A stretch of 62,352 nucleotides of DNA, counting the filler, from Stramenopiles sp. TOSAG23-2 (Eukaryota): the NCBI GenBank assembly GCA_900128395.1. It is 29 parts of 29 records of this genome, joined end to end, with 100 filler letters (N's around TTAATTAATTAA, not from the genome) between each part and the next. Parts side by side here need not be neighbours in the genome. Positions count along the whole stretch, not along the records: positions 49,618 to 51,657 come from LT652088.1; positions 51,758 to 53,797 come from LT652089.1; positions 53,898 to 55,937 come from LT652090.1; positions 56,038 to 58,076 come from LT652091.1; positions 58,177 to 60,214 come from LT652092.1; positions 60,315 to 62,352 come from LT652093.1; 23 more parts are not named here. One strand, given 5' to 3'. A program made the translations under genes and the position numbers. Within the stretch, counting starts at the first letter, position 1. Each line of letters starts with the position of its first letter. The notes below the pieces were generated by a model. That model was given only the letters and a program-made list of their open reading frames with translations. It made no database searches and was not told the origin of the DNA. Below are positions 49,518 through 61,460 of this stretch, in pieces.

Positions 49518-50135
49518 NNNNNNNNNNNNNNNNNNNNNNNNNNNNNNNNNNNNNNNNNNNNTTAATTAATTAANNNNNNNNNNNNNNNNNNNNNNNNNNN
49601 NNNNNNNNNNNNNNNNNGATACATATTATTATAATAAAAAAACTCAAGAGGTAACATGGGATTTACCACAATAGAACCGGAACCATTTTAAAATAATGTA
49701 TCATTTATATGCATTTTAGTGTGTTTGTCGTTTGATAAAAAATAAGTGTTTCAACTTTAATCTACGAAGCGTAAATGAATTAATAATATTACCATAATAT
49801 AATATATAATATATACGTATCATATTTGGCATCAATTATACTATAATTATACTATAATATATATTTAAAGATTTTAACCATCTCTAGATTTAAAAAAAAT
49901 ACGAATCAAAAAAAAGGAAAATATATTTTTTTATAAATATCTTACGAAGTAATATTTATTTTATTATAAAATCATACGTCGTATTATTATCAAATAGAAT
50001 CACAATCATAACTACGTATCATATATATATATCAATAATATATAATAAATATCATACCTCCGAGGAGCTTTTTTGTATCAGATAATTGTGTGCATGTGTC
50101 CTTTGGAAGGAGAAAATAAGTTCTGTTAGAAAACG

Positions 50136-50912
50136 TTATTTCTTTCCTTTGTTTGCTAAAGCCCATTCAACGAAATCATCTATCAACACTGGCCATGCTC
50201 CATCTTCATCATAATCACTGAAATCATCTTTCGTTTGTCGAAAAAAATCAAGTAATAATGTCCATGTGTCTTTCGATATTGGCCACTTCTTCTCACGGCT
50301 TTCCAAAAAGTTGATCCATAAAGGTAAGTTAGTAAATTTATCTGCTAATAATAAATTCCACATTCCAATTGCCATTTCTTGTCCTAATACTTTTGTATCA
50401 CGTTCTTTGGCAAACATGAAGCAAAAATTATAAAAGTCTTTGTAAACTTTTGGATTTGTAATCTCCGTACGTAATTTTGATATCAATTTTTTCAATTTAC
50501 CAATTGTATCACAACCCATTTCTTCCATTCCACGCATAAATTCTTCTCGCGTGTAAACACACATGGTTTCTGCATTCATTTTCCAAGATATCACTAAAAC
50601 AACAACATCTTGCGGATCAATACCAATATCGCTACAAAACTTTTCAATGCCTTCGTCTTCAAACATATCTGGGTTATCTTCAGGGTCCTCCCTATACGAA
50701 TCAAACCAAGCATTGACCAAATTTTTATCTATTGCTTTTTTTTTCTTCGTTTTCGCAGAGGTATACCCACCTTCAAAAAAAGCTTCTGCAGCCTGTTCTA
50801 CATTCCATCTATTTTGATTAAGTAAGAAGATTGCATCACGCTCAGATGCACCGGTAAAATTTCGTAATTGTGAACATAATTTGCGTTGTTTTGAACTTAA
50901 ACTGGAGCTCAT
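50136..50912 (-). CDS. DCN1: DCN1 cullin neddylation factor (UBA-like plus PONY domain)
   Basis: FTGASERDA..LL....WNVEQA..AFF; LVISWKMNA..MC.YTREEF; ISKDTW.LLLDF; YDEDGAWPVLIDDFVE. Confidence 0.95.
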   Translation of the reverse strand: MSSSLSSKQRKLCSQLRNFTGASERDAIFLLNQNRWNVEQAAEAFFEGGYTSAKTKKKKAIDKNLVNAWFDSYREDPEDNPDMFEDEGIEKFCSDIGIDPQDVVVLVISWKMNAETMCVYTREEFMRGMEEMGCDTIGKLKKLISKLRTEITNPKVYKDFYNFCFMFAKERDTKVLGQEMAIGMWNLLLADKFTNLPLWINFLESREKKWPISKDTWTLLLDFFRQTKDDFSDYDEDGAWPVLIDDFVEWALANKGKK

Positions 50913-52313
50913 AATGATATTATTATTTTTGTTGTGAAATTTGAATAATATAATCCGACTAAGATATAATATAATCAATGATAAAAAAATAATATAATAA
51001 TAATTATTATTATTAACTAAATTATCAACAACAAGAAGAAGATCGAGAAGCGTAATCTTAAATGCTGTAAAAAGAATCTGGTATTATATATATATATATG
51101 TATGTGGTACGAGTAAACAATGTATCAATATGTTCAATGTATTACTTCTTCTTTCTACGTTTCTCTGTTAATCCAGGTCGCTTTCCATTATTTTATTTGT
51201 TCATCATTTATTCATTTTTTCAATTTCTACCAGTGCAACCAACCAGTCTAAATTCACTAAAGCACTAAACCAGTAAAGCGCTAACAACGAGATGATACAA
51301 AATCAATTTTTTTGGCACTTCTTCTTTATATTCATTCCCCTTAATTGGACTTAAAATGTGTTGATAATTTTGGATATTATAAATAATCCAGGATGATACT
51401 GTATAATGATATAGTTAGAATAGTAGCTTATATTACAATATTACCACCAGGTTATTAAGGTCCCAGCCGAGATCTGGGAGATTTCCAGCTCTAGTTATGC
51501 TTAACTAGTAAATAGCACCATTTTTTTGAGTTGTTTTTATTAATAATATAATAAAATCACGAGATCGCAACAGTTGTTGCGCAACAATTGGCAAGAGGGA
51601 TCTTATTACAACCATGATATTTCCTCCTTAAAGGGTTTTTGGGAATCTGAAAATATANNNNNNNNNNNNNNNNNNNNNNNNNNNNNNNNNNNNNNNNNNN
51701 NTTAATTAATTAANNNNNNNNNNNNNNNNNNNNNNNNNNNNNNNNNNNNNNNNNNNNAAAATAGTGAAAGAATGTAATTTTATTCTATATTTTATTTTTT
51801 CGGATATTTTTACAGTCTACTTTCATATAAGCCAAAAATTTTGAAAATTAGGCCCAACGATACTTTTGTTGTTTTTTAAATAATATGCACTTAGCATTAT
51901 TTTAAAATATTCCGTCTAACGCGTTCCTGGCGTTCATAGCTATAGATAGCGCTGTACCTGGAACAACTAGTCTAGTCTAATAACTATGGGGATACTGAAG
52001 TTGAAATAATAAGGTCCATCTTTTTATATAAGTATAGCATCAGCACGTTGCATTATACTACTTGTGTAGCACTGTACATTAGTAATAGTAGTCGAGTGCG
52101 TACATGTATCATTTAGTATAACAAAGATACATACTGTCTATACAAGTATATACTTTTGATTAATATATAACTGCAACCTGCAACTCTAAAATGTATTAAA
52201 TTATATATATATATATAATATAATACAATATATGCAAACCTTTTTGTGTGTATAATAACACAATAATAATACCACAATCAATACCGCAATAAAGTAATTG
52301 CAAAGAAACTACC

Positions 52314-53448
52314 ATGGCATCAACATATGAAATATACGAGCAACAACCAGAATCAGAAAAATTATTATCATGGTTACGTACGAAAAAAAAAGAAGATATC
52401 ATTGAACCAAATCAAAAGATATGCGATCCACATCATCATTTATGGAATCGAGTTGATTTAAATGAAGCCGTGAGACCAAAACAAGCCATTTATTTATTGC
52501 CGCAATTAGTGGAAGATATTGGCTCTGGGCACAACGTTGTCAAAACTGTGTTCTTAGAGTGTGGTTGGAGTTTTCGAAAAGATGGTCCAAGAGAAATGAA
52601 AGCAGTTGGAGAAGTTGAATTTTGTCAAAAGTTTCATGACCAAGCAAATATATTAACAAATGTCAACGTAAATGCTGGTATCGCAGGAAGAGTAAGTAAA
52701 ATTTCATTCCCTTAAAGCTAAGAAAAAAAGAAAAAAAAAGATAAGCTCTCTAACACATCAGCCATGCATATGCTACGCTTTACAGCCACATTTATTTCAT
52801 CCAAATATTGAAAATGTTTTATTGGAAATGATGAAATTTGCAAATTTTAGGGGGATACGATTTCGCCCTCGCCCAAATGAATGGACAGATGATAATGACG
52901 CAGAGTTAAGAAGAGGTGTTGCTATGTTGGACAAATACAATTTGACGATGGATTATTGGGAGCATGATTATACATTATTACCAAAATTTATACGCTTAGC
53001 AAAAGCATTTCCAAATGTAACAATGATTTTAGATCATTTAGGTGGATATGTTGGGCCTGGAATGACAAACAAGGAATTTGAGGATTGGAAAAAAAATATG
53101 TCTATTTTAGGGAAAGAATGCCCTAATGTGAATTTAAAGGTTGGTGGTATTCAAATGGAAGAGAATGAATTTGGATTTCAATTACGCAAAACACCTATTG
53201 ATTCTGAAGAGTTGGCACAAGTCACTATGAAATATTATGGACATGCTATTGATTGCTTTGGCCCGTCTCGTTGTATGTTTGAGTCTAATTTTCCAGTTGA
53301 TAAATCATGTGTATCGTATCGAACATTATGGAATGCATTTAAGCGAATTGCAAATATGAAAAATATGACACCATCTGATAAAGATGCTATATTCCATGAT
53401 ACTGCATGTAGGGTTTATAAATTAAACGATGAAACTAGTAAAATGTAG
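52314..53448 (+). CDS. Amidohydrolase_2 (sugar lactonase-like); exons 52314-52691 and 52786-53448
   Basis: DPHHHLW, ILDHLGG, FGPSRCMFESNFPVDK; GTAAGT/CTAAC/TACAG intron joins the ORFs in frame. Confidence 0.92.
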
Positions 53449-53897
53449 AAATATGTGTCGAAATATTCATTTTGGACTGTATGATACTATGCATATCATA
53501 ATTAAATATTTTTATGATACGACTTCGTACTTGTTTATGTACGAGTATATAAATTTTCAAAAACATCAAACTTGTACTTTTTTAATTTCTTCTAATTTTT
53601 CTTGTTCATCAGGCATAGGGGCCATCACCTCCATGATACTTCCTAACGTCGATGAAATATTTGTGTAAACCAAGCTCAAATATTTCTTTTGTGTGTGTGT
53701 GTGTGCGTTCTTTGTGTGTGTGTGTATGTATATATATTTGTATATAAATAAAAACCATTATACCACACAGTGTGAGTGGTTTTTTCTTTTTTTTCTTNNN
53801 NNNNNNNNNNNNNNNNNNNNNNNNNNNNNNNNNNNNNNNNNTTAATTAATTAANNNNNNNNNNNNNNNNNNNNNNNNNNNNNNNNNNNNNNNNNNNN

Positions 53898-54378
53898 CTT
53901 TCCATCCATAAAATTTAATGCCATATTGACCATCTCCGCTTGTAGGTACTTTTGTAATAACTCCAAGGCATGCACTTCGTGTATCGTTATCAGTGATGAC
54001 TTCATCCCCAATTTTAAATAGGATTGGTGCAACTTTTTTTTTCGCTGATTCTACTTTTTTTTTATTATTATTATTATCAGCAGCAACAGCTTTTTTCTTC
54101 TTTGCAGTACTTTCACTACTACCATCATTGTTTAATAGAGTCACTATTTCATCTTTATGCATCGGAAACATTAAAAACATTTGTTTGAAATGGATTAATT
54201 TACGGTTTTTCAATATCTTTAACATTGCTCCAACAGTATCACATTGATGTTCCTCGCCAACTTCGACTAATTTCTCATATGAACAACTCCCATTATTTTC
54301 TTTCAACGTATCAAGTATCCATTTTTGATGTGCTTTTGAATGTGCTGCGGCTTTCTCCGCGTCTGTCATGGATGCCAT
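53898..54378 (-). CDS. Costars (ABRACL-like) domain fused to a Tudor/SH3-like domain (3' partial)
   Basis: YEKL...CDTVGAMLKILKNRKLIHF...LMFPMHKDEIVTLL matches the Costars pattern; then FKIGDEV...GVITKV....YGIKFYGW. Confidence 0.7.
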
Positions 54379-55527
54379 TGTTAAATTTTTTAAAATGAAA
54401 AACAAAAATATATATATATATATATCTGTATATGATTTCTGTAATTTGTATGGGGTTTTGTAATTGTGAGATGGATGGATATTAGGATAATCTTTTGATG
54501 ATACACGTAAAATCATATCTTTTTTTAATACAGTATGAAATAATAAAGAAGTGCTAGTGCTGTAATAAAAAATTGACAGACGGAGGAATTATTCAATTAT
54601 TCTCATCACTCTGGCAATTGAAAAGTGCAAAAAAATGTTGTAAGGCCTGTGTACGTGCTAATTCTATACCTGCTATTTCCATATATTAAAACACTTGATA
54701 GGGACCAATTTTCACGAGACTATCAAATAACAAAAATCTCTATACTTAAGTTTTAAGTACTCTAACAGAAATATGTAAATTAGACTACGAAACTTATACT
54801 ACAATTATATAAAACCTCAAACATGAATATTTTTGCCAATTTTATTTTCATTTTCAAAAGTTCCGTCAAAGTGGGTACAAAAAATGAGAAATTTCATCAG
54901 ATATATAAAATTTGCATTACGTCTTCAAACATCATTCCCAACATTTTGAACTCATATAAACTTCCACATCCTCTCTTTATATATATAACTTGTATATCTA
55001 AACTCCAACCAAAATAAATATTACATTTACATGAAACACTAGACCCAAAGTGAATTTTCACTCAAAAATGCACATTTTTTTACACTTTTATTAAGGTATT
55101 ACTTACAGGGCTATTCCATAGTAAGGGTACTTTGACATGCAATTGAAACGTTGTTAGAAAAGTATGTTCCTGGCACTCAGTTGTCGTCAACTTACTCTTA
55201 GGTTTGGCTCGATACATATAAAAATGAGTTACCGTACTAATTTTGTATTAATATTTTGATTGACTCGAGATACATTGTGTCAACTATGCTCCATTTTGCA
55301 ATGTATTTGAACATGCCTGAAAAAGGCCTAGAATTCCAGATCGATTTTAAATCACATCAAGTATAATGAGAGCTAGAAATCTTCATTTTGAACATGAAAC
55401 ATAAAAAATTTTGATAAAATGTCATAGATTCTATATGATAGATGATATATTTAACTTTTCTCCGAGAGTTTACATGTATAATTACATTTTTAAAGAAAAG
55501 TGCTGAGAATTTTTTTCAAATCGTACG

Positions 55528-55847
55528 TTAGCATGGAGTTAGTATTAGAGCACTTTTCCATCGAAATGGTGAAAATCAGGAACGGTTGAAAACTTTCATT
55601 GAAGATATTGAAATTAGACTTTGAAACGTTGTATATCCGTCATTTATTACATATACAATATCTGTAGGTCGTGGTCTTGGCAGTTTATTAGCATGGAGTT
55701 AGTATTAGAGCACTTTTCCATCGAAATGGTGAAAATCAGGAACGGTTGAAAACTTTCATTGAAGATATTGAAATTAGACTTTGAAACGTTGTATATCCGT
55801 TACCTATTACATATACAATGTCTGTAAGTCGTGGTCTTGGCAGTTTA
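55528..55847. repeat. 160-nt tandem duplication in a long non-coding, transposon-like tract
   Basis: 55528-55687 versus 55688-55847; first 113 nt identical, 5 transitions in the remainder. Confidence 0.92.
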
Positions 55848-56588
55848 CCAGTAGAACCTTGCTTACTAAAAATATTGTGCAATTTGATCATTTACGTTAG
55901 GGTTAGAGATGCTAGCACTACTCAGCATTGCGGGGTCNNNNNNNNNNNNNNNNNNNNNNNNNNNNNNNNNNNNNNNNNNNNTTAATTAATTAANNNNNNN
56001 NNNNNNNNNNNNNNNNNNNNNNNNNNNNNNNNNNNNNTAGCTACAATATTTCTAGATATACGGGAAGAAACAAATGATGACGTGATGTATGTGTATGTCT
56101 GACTTCTTTTTGTCTTGGCTTTCCAGGCTTTACTTACATCAGTATTTATAGCTCATTTATACGTGGATGGCTAGAATTGATTGAGGAAGATTTTTAATTT
56201 TTAACACACAGTACTGTATAAGCTTACATATATGCTATCATTATTTATAGCCTTGTAACTACAGATTTATTTAATATGCACACAGTATTGATTATGTGTT
56301 TTTGCAAGTCGTTTTTTTCGAAAATGTATAAAAAACACACACTCAGTTATCTCGTTATATACGTGTGATTTACAACTTTATGAAGGAGTAGCTCTTTCAC
56401 TTAACTCTGAATCACAGACAGAGGAACAATCTTTTGAATACTAAATAATTTTTACTAAACTTTATAAATCATTTTTGATTTGAGATGTTAATGAACGGGA
56501 GTAAAAGAAATTTATATATTAATATACATGAGTAAGAGAACATTTTATATAATACGTATGATATGATACGAGTACATAAAATGAAATT

Positions 56589-56685
56589 GATCTTGGTTAA
56601 AATCTAAAGTGTTAATCATACACGTATTTCTTTAAATAATTTTATGACACATACTTCCCGTGGTAAATAATATATGCTCAATACT
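56589..56685 (-). repeat. Dispersed repeat family A, partial copy
   Basis: Reverse strand reads AGTATTGAGCATATATTATTTACCACGGGAAGTA...TAACACTTTAGATTTTAACC. Confidence 0.85.
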
Positions 56686-56844
56686 ACGAGTATATATATA
56701 TATATATATATGATATTAAATATGCTCTCGCAAATAAATTTATATTACTTTTTCCTCAAATCATCGATCACACTTTTTGAACTTCATCAATTTTAAAACT
56801 TTTTCGCAAAATTACACTAAATTAAAATGGGGAGAGGATTTATT

Positions 56845-57840
56845 TTATTGTTTTGCTAAAAAATAACCAGCAACAAATCCAACTAAACCAGCACCAACTG
56901 CAATGGTGAACATATTATCGCTTTTTTTAGATGGAACCATCCCTGGCAACAAAGCATCCAAGCAAACACTGGTATCTTTATCTTCTAATGAATCCCATAA
57001 AGACGATTTGCCATCGTCACAACGTAAACATGCAACTTGTGGATCAATACCCCAATTATCCATAGTTTCTTCATTAATACCACATGCAGCTAATTGTCTA
57101 CCAAATGCATCATCTTGTGTTTTGGTTGCTAACCAATTTCTTCTTTCACAAAATGCTTCCAGTGGACTGGCGGATGCATGTACACCATTGTCACCAACAT
57201 TTGGTTCACCTGGTAAACCAAGTTCTTTCCATTTTTTCAAAATAATATTACGCACTGCGCCAGCTGGTGCAGCATTTGGATCGGTGGCACCCAATATTTC
57301 GTTTCTGAAAGCTGCCCATGAATATTTCTCTTCTGGCCAAGTAACAGTGAAATAATAAATTGAAGCACCTTCTTTTACGTATTTTTCTCTCATGCTCATG
57401 AAAAAGCCATTGAATGCATACATGCCAGGTTTGATTTCACCACAATAAAAGCCACCACCGAATTTAACCATTTTCTTTGCTTTTTTGGTTTCACGCCATA
57501 AGGACTCTAACTCAGTAGAGTTTAATCCTAATTTTTCAGCTGCATCAATAGCATTGTAACATTTACCTTGTGCTAATGCCTCTTTCCATGATAATCCAAA
57601 TTGCTTTTCAAATTTATCTGCAGGGACATTCAATTGATCTGGTTTTAATAATGTTGCCTTGGAAGCAATAGCATAGTAATGTTGATCTACTAATTTTCTT
57701 GCTTCAATTTCTTTTGCATCTATTTGTCCTTCACTATTTACCGTGAAACCTTTGCTAATAAAATGTTCCCTAACAAGGTTAATAGTTGCATCAGTTACTG
57801 CATGTGGTTTAATAAATACAAATGCTGAATTTGTTGCCAT
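56845..57840 (-). CDS. NDK: Long-type nucleoside diphosphate kinase with C-terminal transmembrane anchor
   Basis: AFVFIKPHA, LGATDP..A..G..R, NGVHASAS (phospho-His); tail MFTIAVGAGLVGFVAGYFLAKQ. Confidence 0.9.
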   Translation of the reverse strand: MATNSAFVFIKPHAVTDATINLVREHFISKGFTVNSEGQIDAKEIEARKLVDQHYYAIASKATLLKPDQLNVPADKFEKQFGLSWKEALAQGKCYNAIDAAEKLGLNSTELESLWRETKKAKKMVKFGGGFYCGEIKPGMYAFNGFFMSMREKYVKEGASIYYFTVTWPEEKYSWAAFRNEILGATDPNAAPAGAVRNIILKKWKELGLPGEPNVGDNGVHASASPLEAFCERRNWLATKTQDDAFGRQLAACGINEETMDNWGIDPQVACLRCDDGKSSLWDSLEDKDTSVCLDALLPGMVPSKKSDNMFTIAVGAGLVGFVAGYFLAKQ

Positions 57841-58408
57841 GGTTAATTTATTACTTGTTATCTATATTTTTGTTTAAAATAATATGATAATTACAATACG
57901 ATATTTAAATTATTTTTCTGTTGCTATTTTAATATGATGTGTTGTATATACTTTCTCCTCTACCAGGTAAATATATGATAATACATATTAATATATATAT
58001 ATCTGTGCAGTATTTATTTCATCCCGATATAATTTTTACTGTGCCGGCCAGTCGTAAATTTTCGGTACAAATCCATNNNNNNNNNNNNNNNNNNNNNNNN
58101 NNNNNNNNNNNNNNNNNNNNTTAATTAATTAANNNNNNNNNNNNNNNNNNNNNNNNNNNNNNNNNNNNNNNNNNNNTATTTTTTTGATAATAATACCAGA
58201 AATACCTGGTACACACACAGGACACAGGTAAGGATATGATGCGTTTATGCGAATAGTACTATACCACACCTGTGGTACGAGTATGATAATTATATATAGG
58301 AGATCATATCCAAGTACACATATATATACAGCTTAATATACGAAATTTTTGGAATACTTATAACACATGTAACACTGCACTGTTAATACTAATAGATATA
58401 AAAAGTTT

Positions 58409-58850
58409 TTACAATCTATACCGTTCGACGGTATGTGTCCAAGTAGCATTGACTAATTCACCAATTGGAATCCATTGTGGATATTCATTTCTATAATGAA
58501 CAGGTTGTGCAACTTTAATAGAGCGCATTTCTAATATTTCTACTCTAGCAGTTACTCGTCTTAAATTATTGACGCCACCACCAAAATAAAACGTATTGCC
58601 AGATGCGGCACCAGCAGTCTCTTCAACAGATGTTGCCAATGCATCTCCCCAAACAACAGTACCATTGAATACATCTAAACGTTGAGCTCTCATCGCTTGG
58701 CCTTCTTTTTGCCACATTGTGCCACCATCAATCGTACCACCGTTTGCTAATCCACCACCAAAAACAAAGACATTGTTTAATGCTAATGCAATCGTATGAC
58801 TACGTGGCAATGATAATTGCCATGCACCCCATTTACCAAGTAGTGTGAAG
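58409..58850 (-). CDS. Kelch-repeat protein C-terminal part
   Basis: W...PRSHT......VFVFGG and FYFGGG....ARVEI. Confidence 0.65.
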
Positions 58851-59177
58851 TAACAATCAAGCTGGGATGTTTTGCCATTTTGACTCTATGTATGTATATT
58901 GGTTTTATAATCAATCATTTTGATTCACCATGATTGGAGGAATGACTCCAAACGTAATAGCAGGTTCACAGCACTACAGATTCGATTGTTGCCGTTATTA
59001 TATATGTGCATTTAACAAACGTGTTCACACCACATCTAACTATAAAAGTACTCATGTGAATAATGAATTAATACGGCATTACATAAACAGATTGATAGTA
59101 GAGATCTATAAAAGAGTGTGCGTTAGTGTGTGTATCTGTGTAGAGTGAAGAGTGACAGACAGAGAAAAAACGGAAAT

Positions 59178-59915
59178 ATGAGTGGGAGCATATATGCAGT
59201 TAGTTTAGAAGAGGAGGAAGCATCGAAATTAACGAAAAAAGAAAAAAGATTAAAAGAAGAAGCGAAACAGGCAAGGTTGAAAGATAGAGAGAATTTAAAG
59301 AAATGGACACCAATTATCTATATCGTTCCATTTTTTTGGAGCGTGAAATGTTTAATTACAATCTTTGTTGGTAGCTTAATATTCAATTTGCAAAAAACGG
59401 GTTGGGCGTGTTCGCAAAATTTGAGAGGATTCATTTCAGTGCAAATTGTATTTGCATATTGGTTCATGTTTATATATACATGGCTTTACATTGGTCCATA
59501 CCCATGTAAAAGGTTATTACCAGTAGCAATTGCACTTGGACTGTACACACTTGGTCAATTTGTAGCTGGGATTTATGGCACTGTTATATTTAACTTAGGA
59601 TTTCAAGACTGCCGTCAACGTGCGCCAACTATGCTTTATCATACACGGTTCGAAGTTGGTACATTTTGGTTAGCGTTTGCATGTTTTTGTACATATGGAA
59701 TAAGATATGCTTGGGAAAAGTATGAAAAGAAAAAGAATGCACAAGAACGGGCAAATTTGAGTGGTAAAAAGAATGAGGATGACGGTGGTAGTAATGATGG
59801 TAATAGTGATGATGGTAGTGATGATGCGAAAAAATCATCTTCATCTTCTGAAAAGAAACGTAAAAAAAATGAGAGTGAATCAGATGAAGAATCCGAAGAG
59901 AGTGATTTAAGTTAA
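59178..59915 (+). CDS. Four-TM membrane protein with acidic/Ser tail
   Basis: Four hydrophobic helices with a Cys in each loop; complete ORF. Confidence 0.75.
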   Translation: MSGSIYAVSLEEEEASKLTKKEKRLKEEAKQARLKDRENLKKWTPIIYIVPFFWSVKCLITIFVGSLIFNLQKTGWACSQNLRGFISVQIVFAYWFMFIYTWLYIGPYPCKRLLPVAIALGLYTLGQFVAGIYGTVIFNLGFQDCRQRAPTMLYHTRFEVGTFWLAFACFCTYGIRYAWEKYEKKKNAQERANLSGKKNEDDGGSNDGNSDDGSDDAKKSSSSSEKKRKKNESESDEESEESDLS

Positions 59916-60784
59916 AAGTGGGGGAACCACGTTCAAAGAACACTTTTAATATGAGAGGCTAGTATAAATTTAAAGTGTGTGCTGATGTAGTGTGTGTTTA
60001 AAATTAGCCGTGAGTACAAACACATGCACACGTACTATCACACAGAGATATACATGGGGACAATAATAATTCACACCTCGTATTTTATATATATATTTTA
60101 TGAATGTACTTCGAACTCAGTAATTTAAAAAGCGAGAATAATTTTTCTATACGCGCGTTTTGTACACATACGCGGGCGTGGTATTACTTTTTTATTTAAA
60201 AAAATTTAATCTCCNNNNNNNNNNNNNNNNNNNNNNNNNNNNNNNNNNNNNNNNNNNNTTAATTAATTAANNNNNNNNNNNNNNNNNNNNNNNNNNNNNN
60301 NNNNNNNNNNNNNNTATGCATAAACACACACACTCACACACTGTATTTTATTTGTATTTATCTTTTCTCCTCTTGCACTCCAGCACTCTTTTAGACACTG
60401 TTGTAATGGCCACTTATTTTGGATTACATATTATCGGTCATCATTGTCATCATCAGATTAAGGTGCATACTGGCATACTGGAAATGTGAGTATAAAATAT
60501 CTATTAATAATAGCCATCCATAGACTACCACAGGTGGTAGCGAGTGTACACGATTGCCTGGATTGCACGATTGTGTCGTTGATCGCTTCTTAAAAAAGTG
60601 CAACAACATAGCTTACCAGGCTTACCATATAGCTTACAAAAAAAATAATTTCAAAAAAATTATTGATACTGTAATATATATATATTTTATTTCATTTATA
60701 CTCATTTAATAAGAAAATATATTACAATAGAAGATAAATATACAGATGGTATTATATGTACATGTATACATATAGAAAGAAAAG

Positions 60785-60976
60785 ATGGCTGATAAAGATG
60801 AAGAATATGGCCAGTTGAATGAAAAATTAAATACTCTTTTCCTGAATGTCAATAAACTTGCTACTAATGTAGAACAGGTAGCTGAAATTAATACTGCCAC
60901 TGTACAAGTATCAACAATGTTAAATAATATCGTCAAAAATACTAATAAATATAAATTGAAAGAAGAAACAGGGTAG
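60785..60976 (+). CDS. 63-aa coiled-coil protein, possible DASH/Dam1 small subunit
   Basis: Clean AAAGATGG start, single amphipathic helix, resemblance to Dad1/Dad3/Dad4 by eye only. Confidence 0.5.
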   Translation: MADKDEEYGQLNEKLNTLFLNVNKLATNVEQVAEINTATVQVSTMLNNIVKNTNKYKLKEETG

Positions 60977-61460
60977 AGAGATGCATTTGTAGATATTTGT
61001 ATGTACGTGTAGCAAGTAAAATATATGTGCTTATATATAGAAAGATCTAGGATTAATAAATAAAAACTATTATAGATATTTTGAAGAATTGTACGAAGTA
61101 ATAATATATATATACGAAGTATATACTTAAAAAACTCACATACTCAATCATATTTCAATTTATGTAGGCATACTTCGTATTTCATAAAAAAATAAAAATA
61201 TTATAAGATGCTTACAAGATCTATTATATAATATGAAATTTCCAGAGGTTATGCATATTATATATATATATATATATTATTATAATATTTAAAAATATAA
61301 ATATACGCATATTTTAATTTTTTATTTTTACCCATGACAATTCCTACTCTCAGAAGACTAAATAGTGTTTGAGCCCCACTATTTATATATATATTTATAT
61401 TACAAATTTGTACGAATCTATTTCACAATACGTGGGTGTCAATAACTCCCATAACAGGAA

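Noticed and set aside
55896-55907. Telomere-like TTAGGGTTAG (also near 17071)
   Set aside because: Fewer than two full units and not at a contig end
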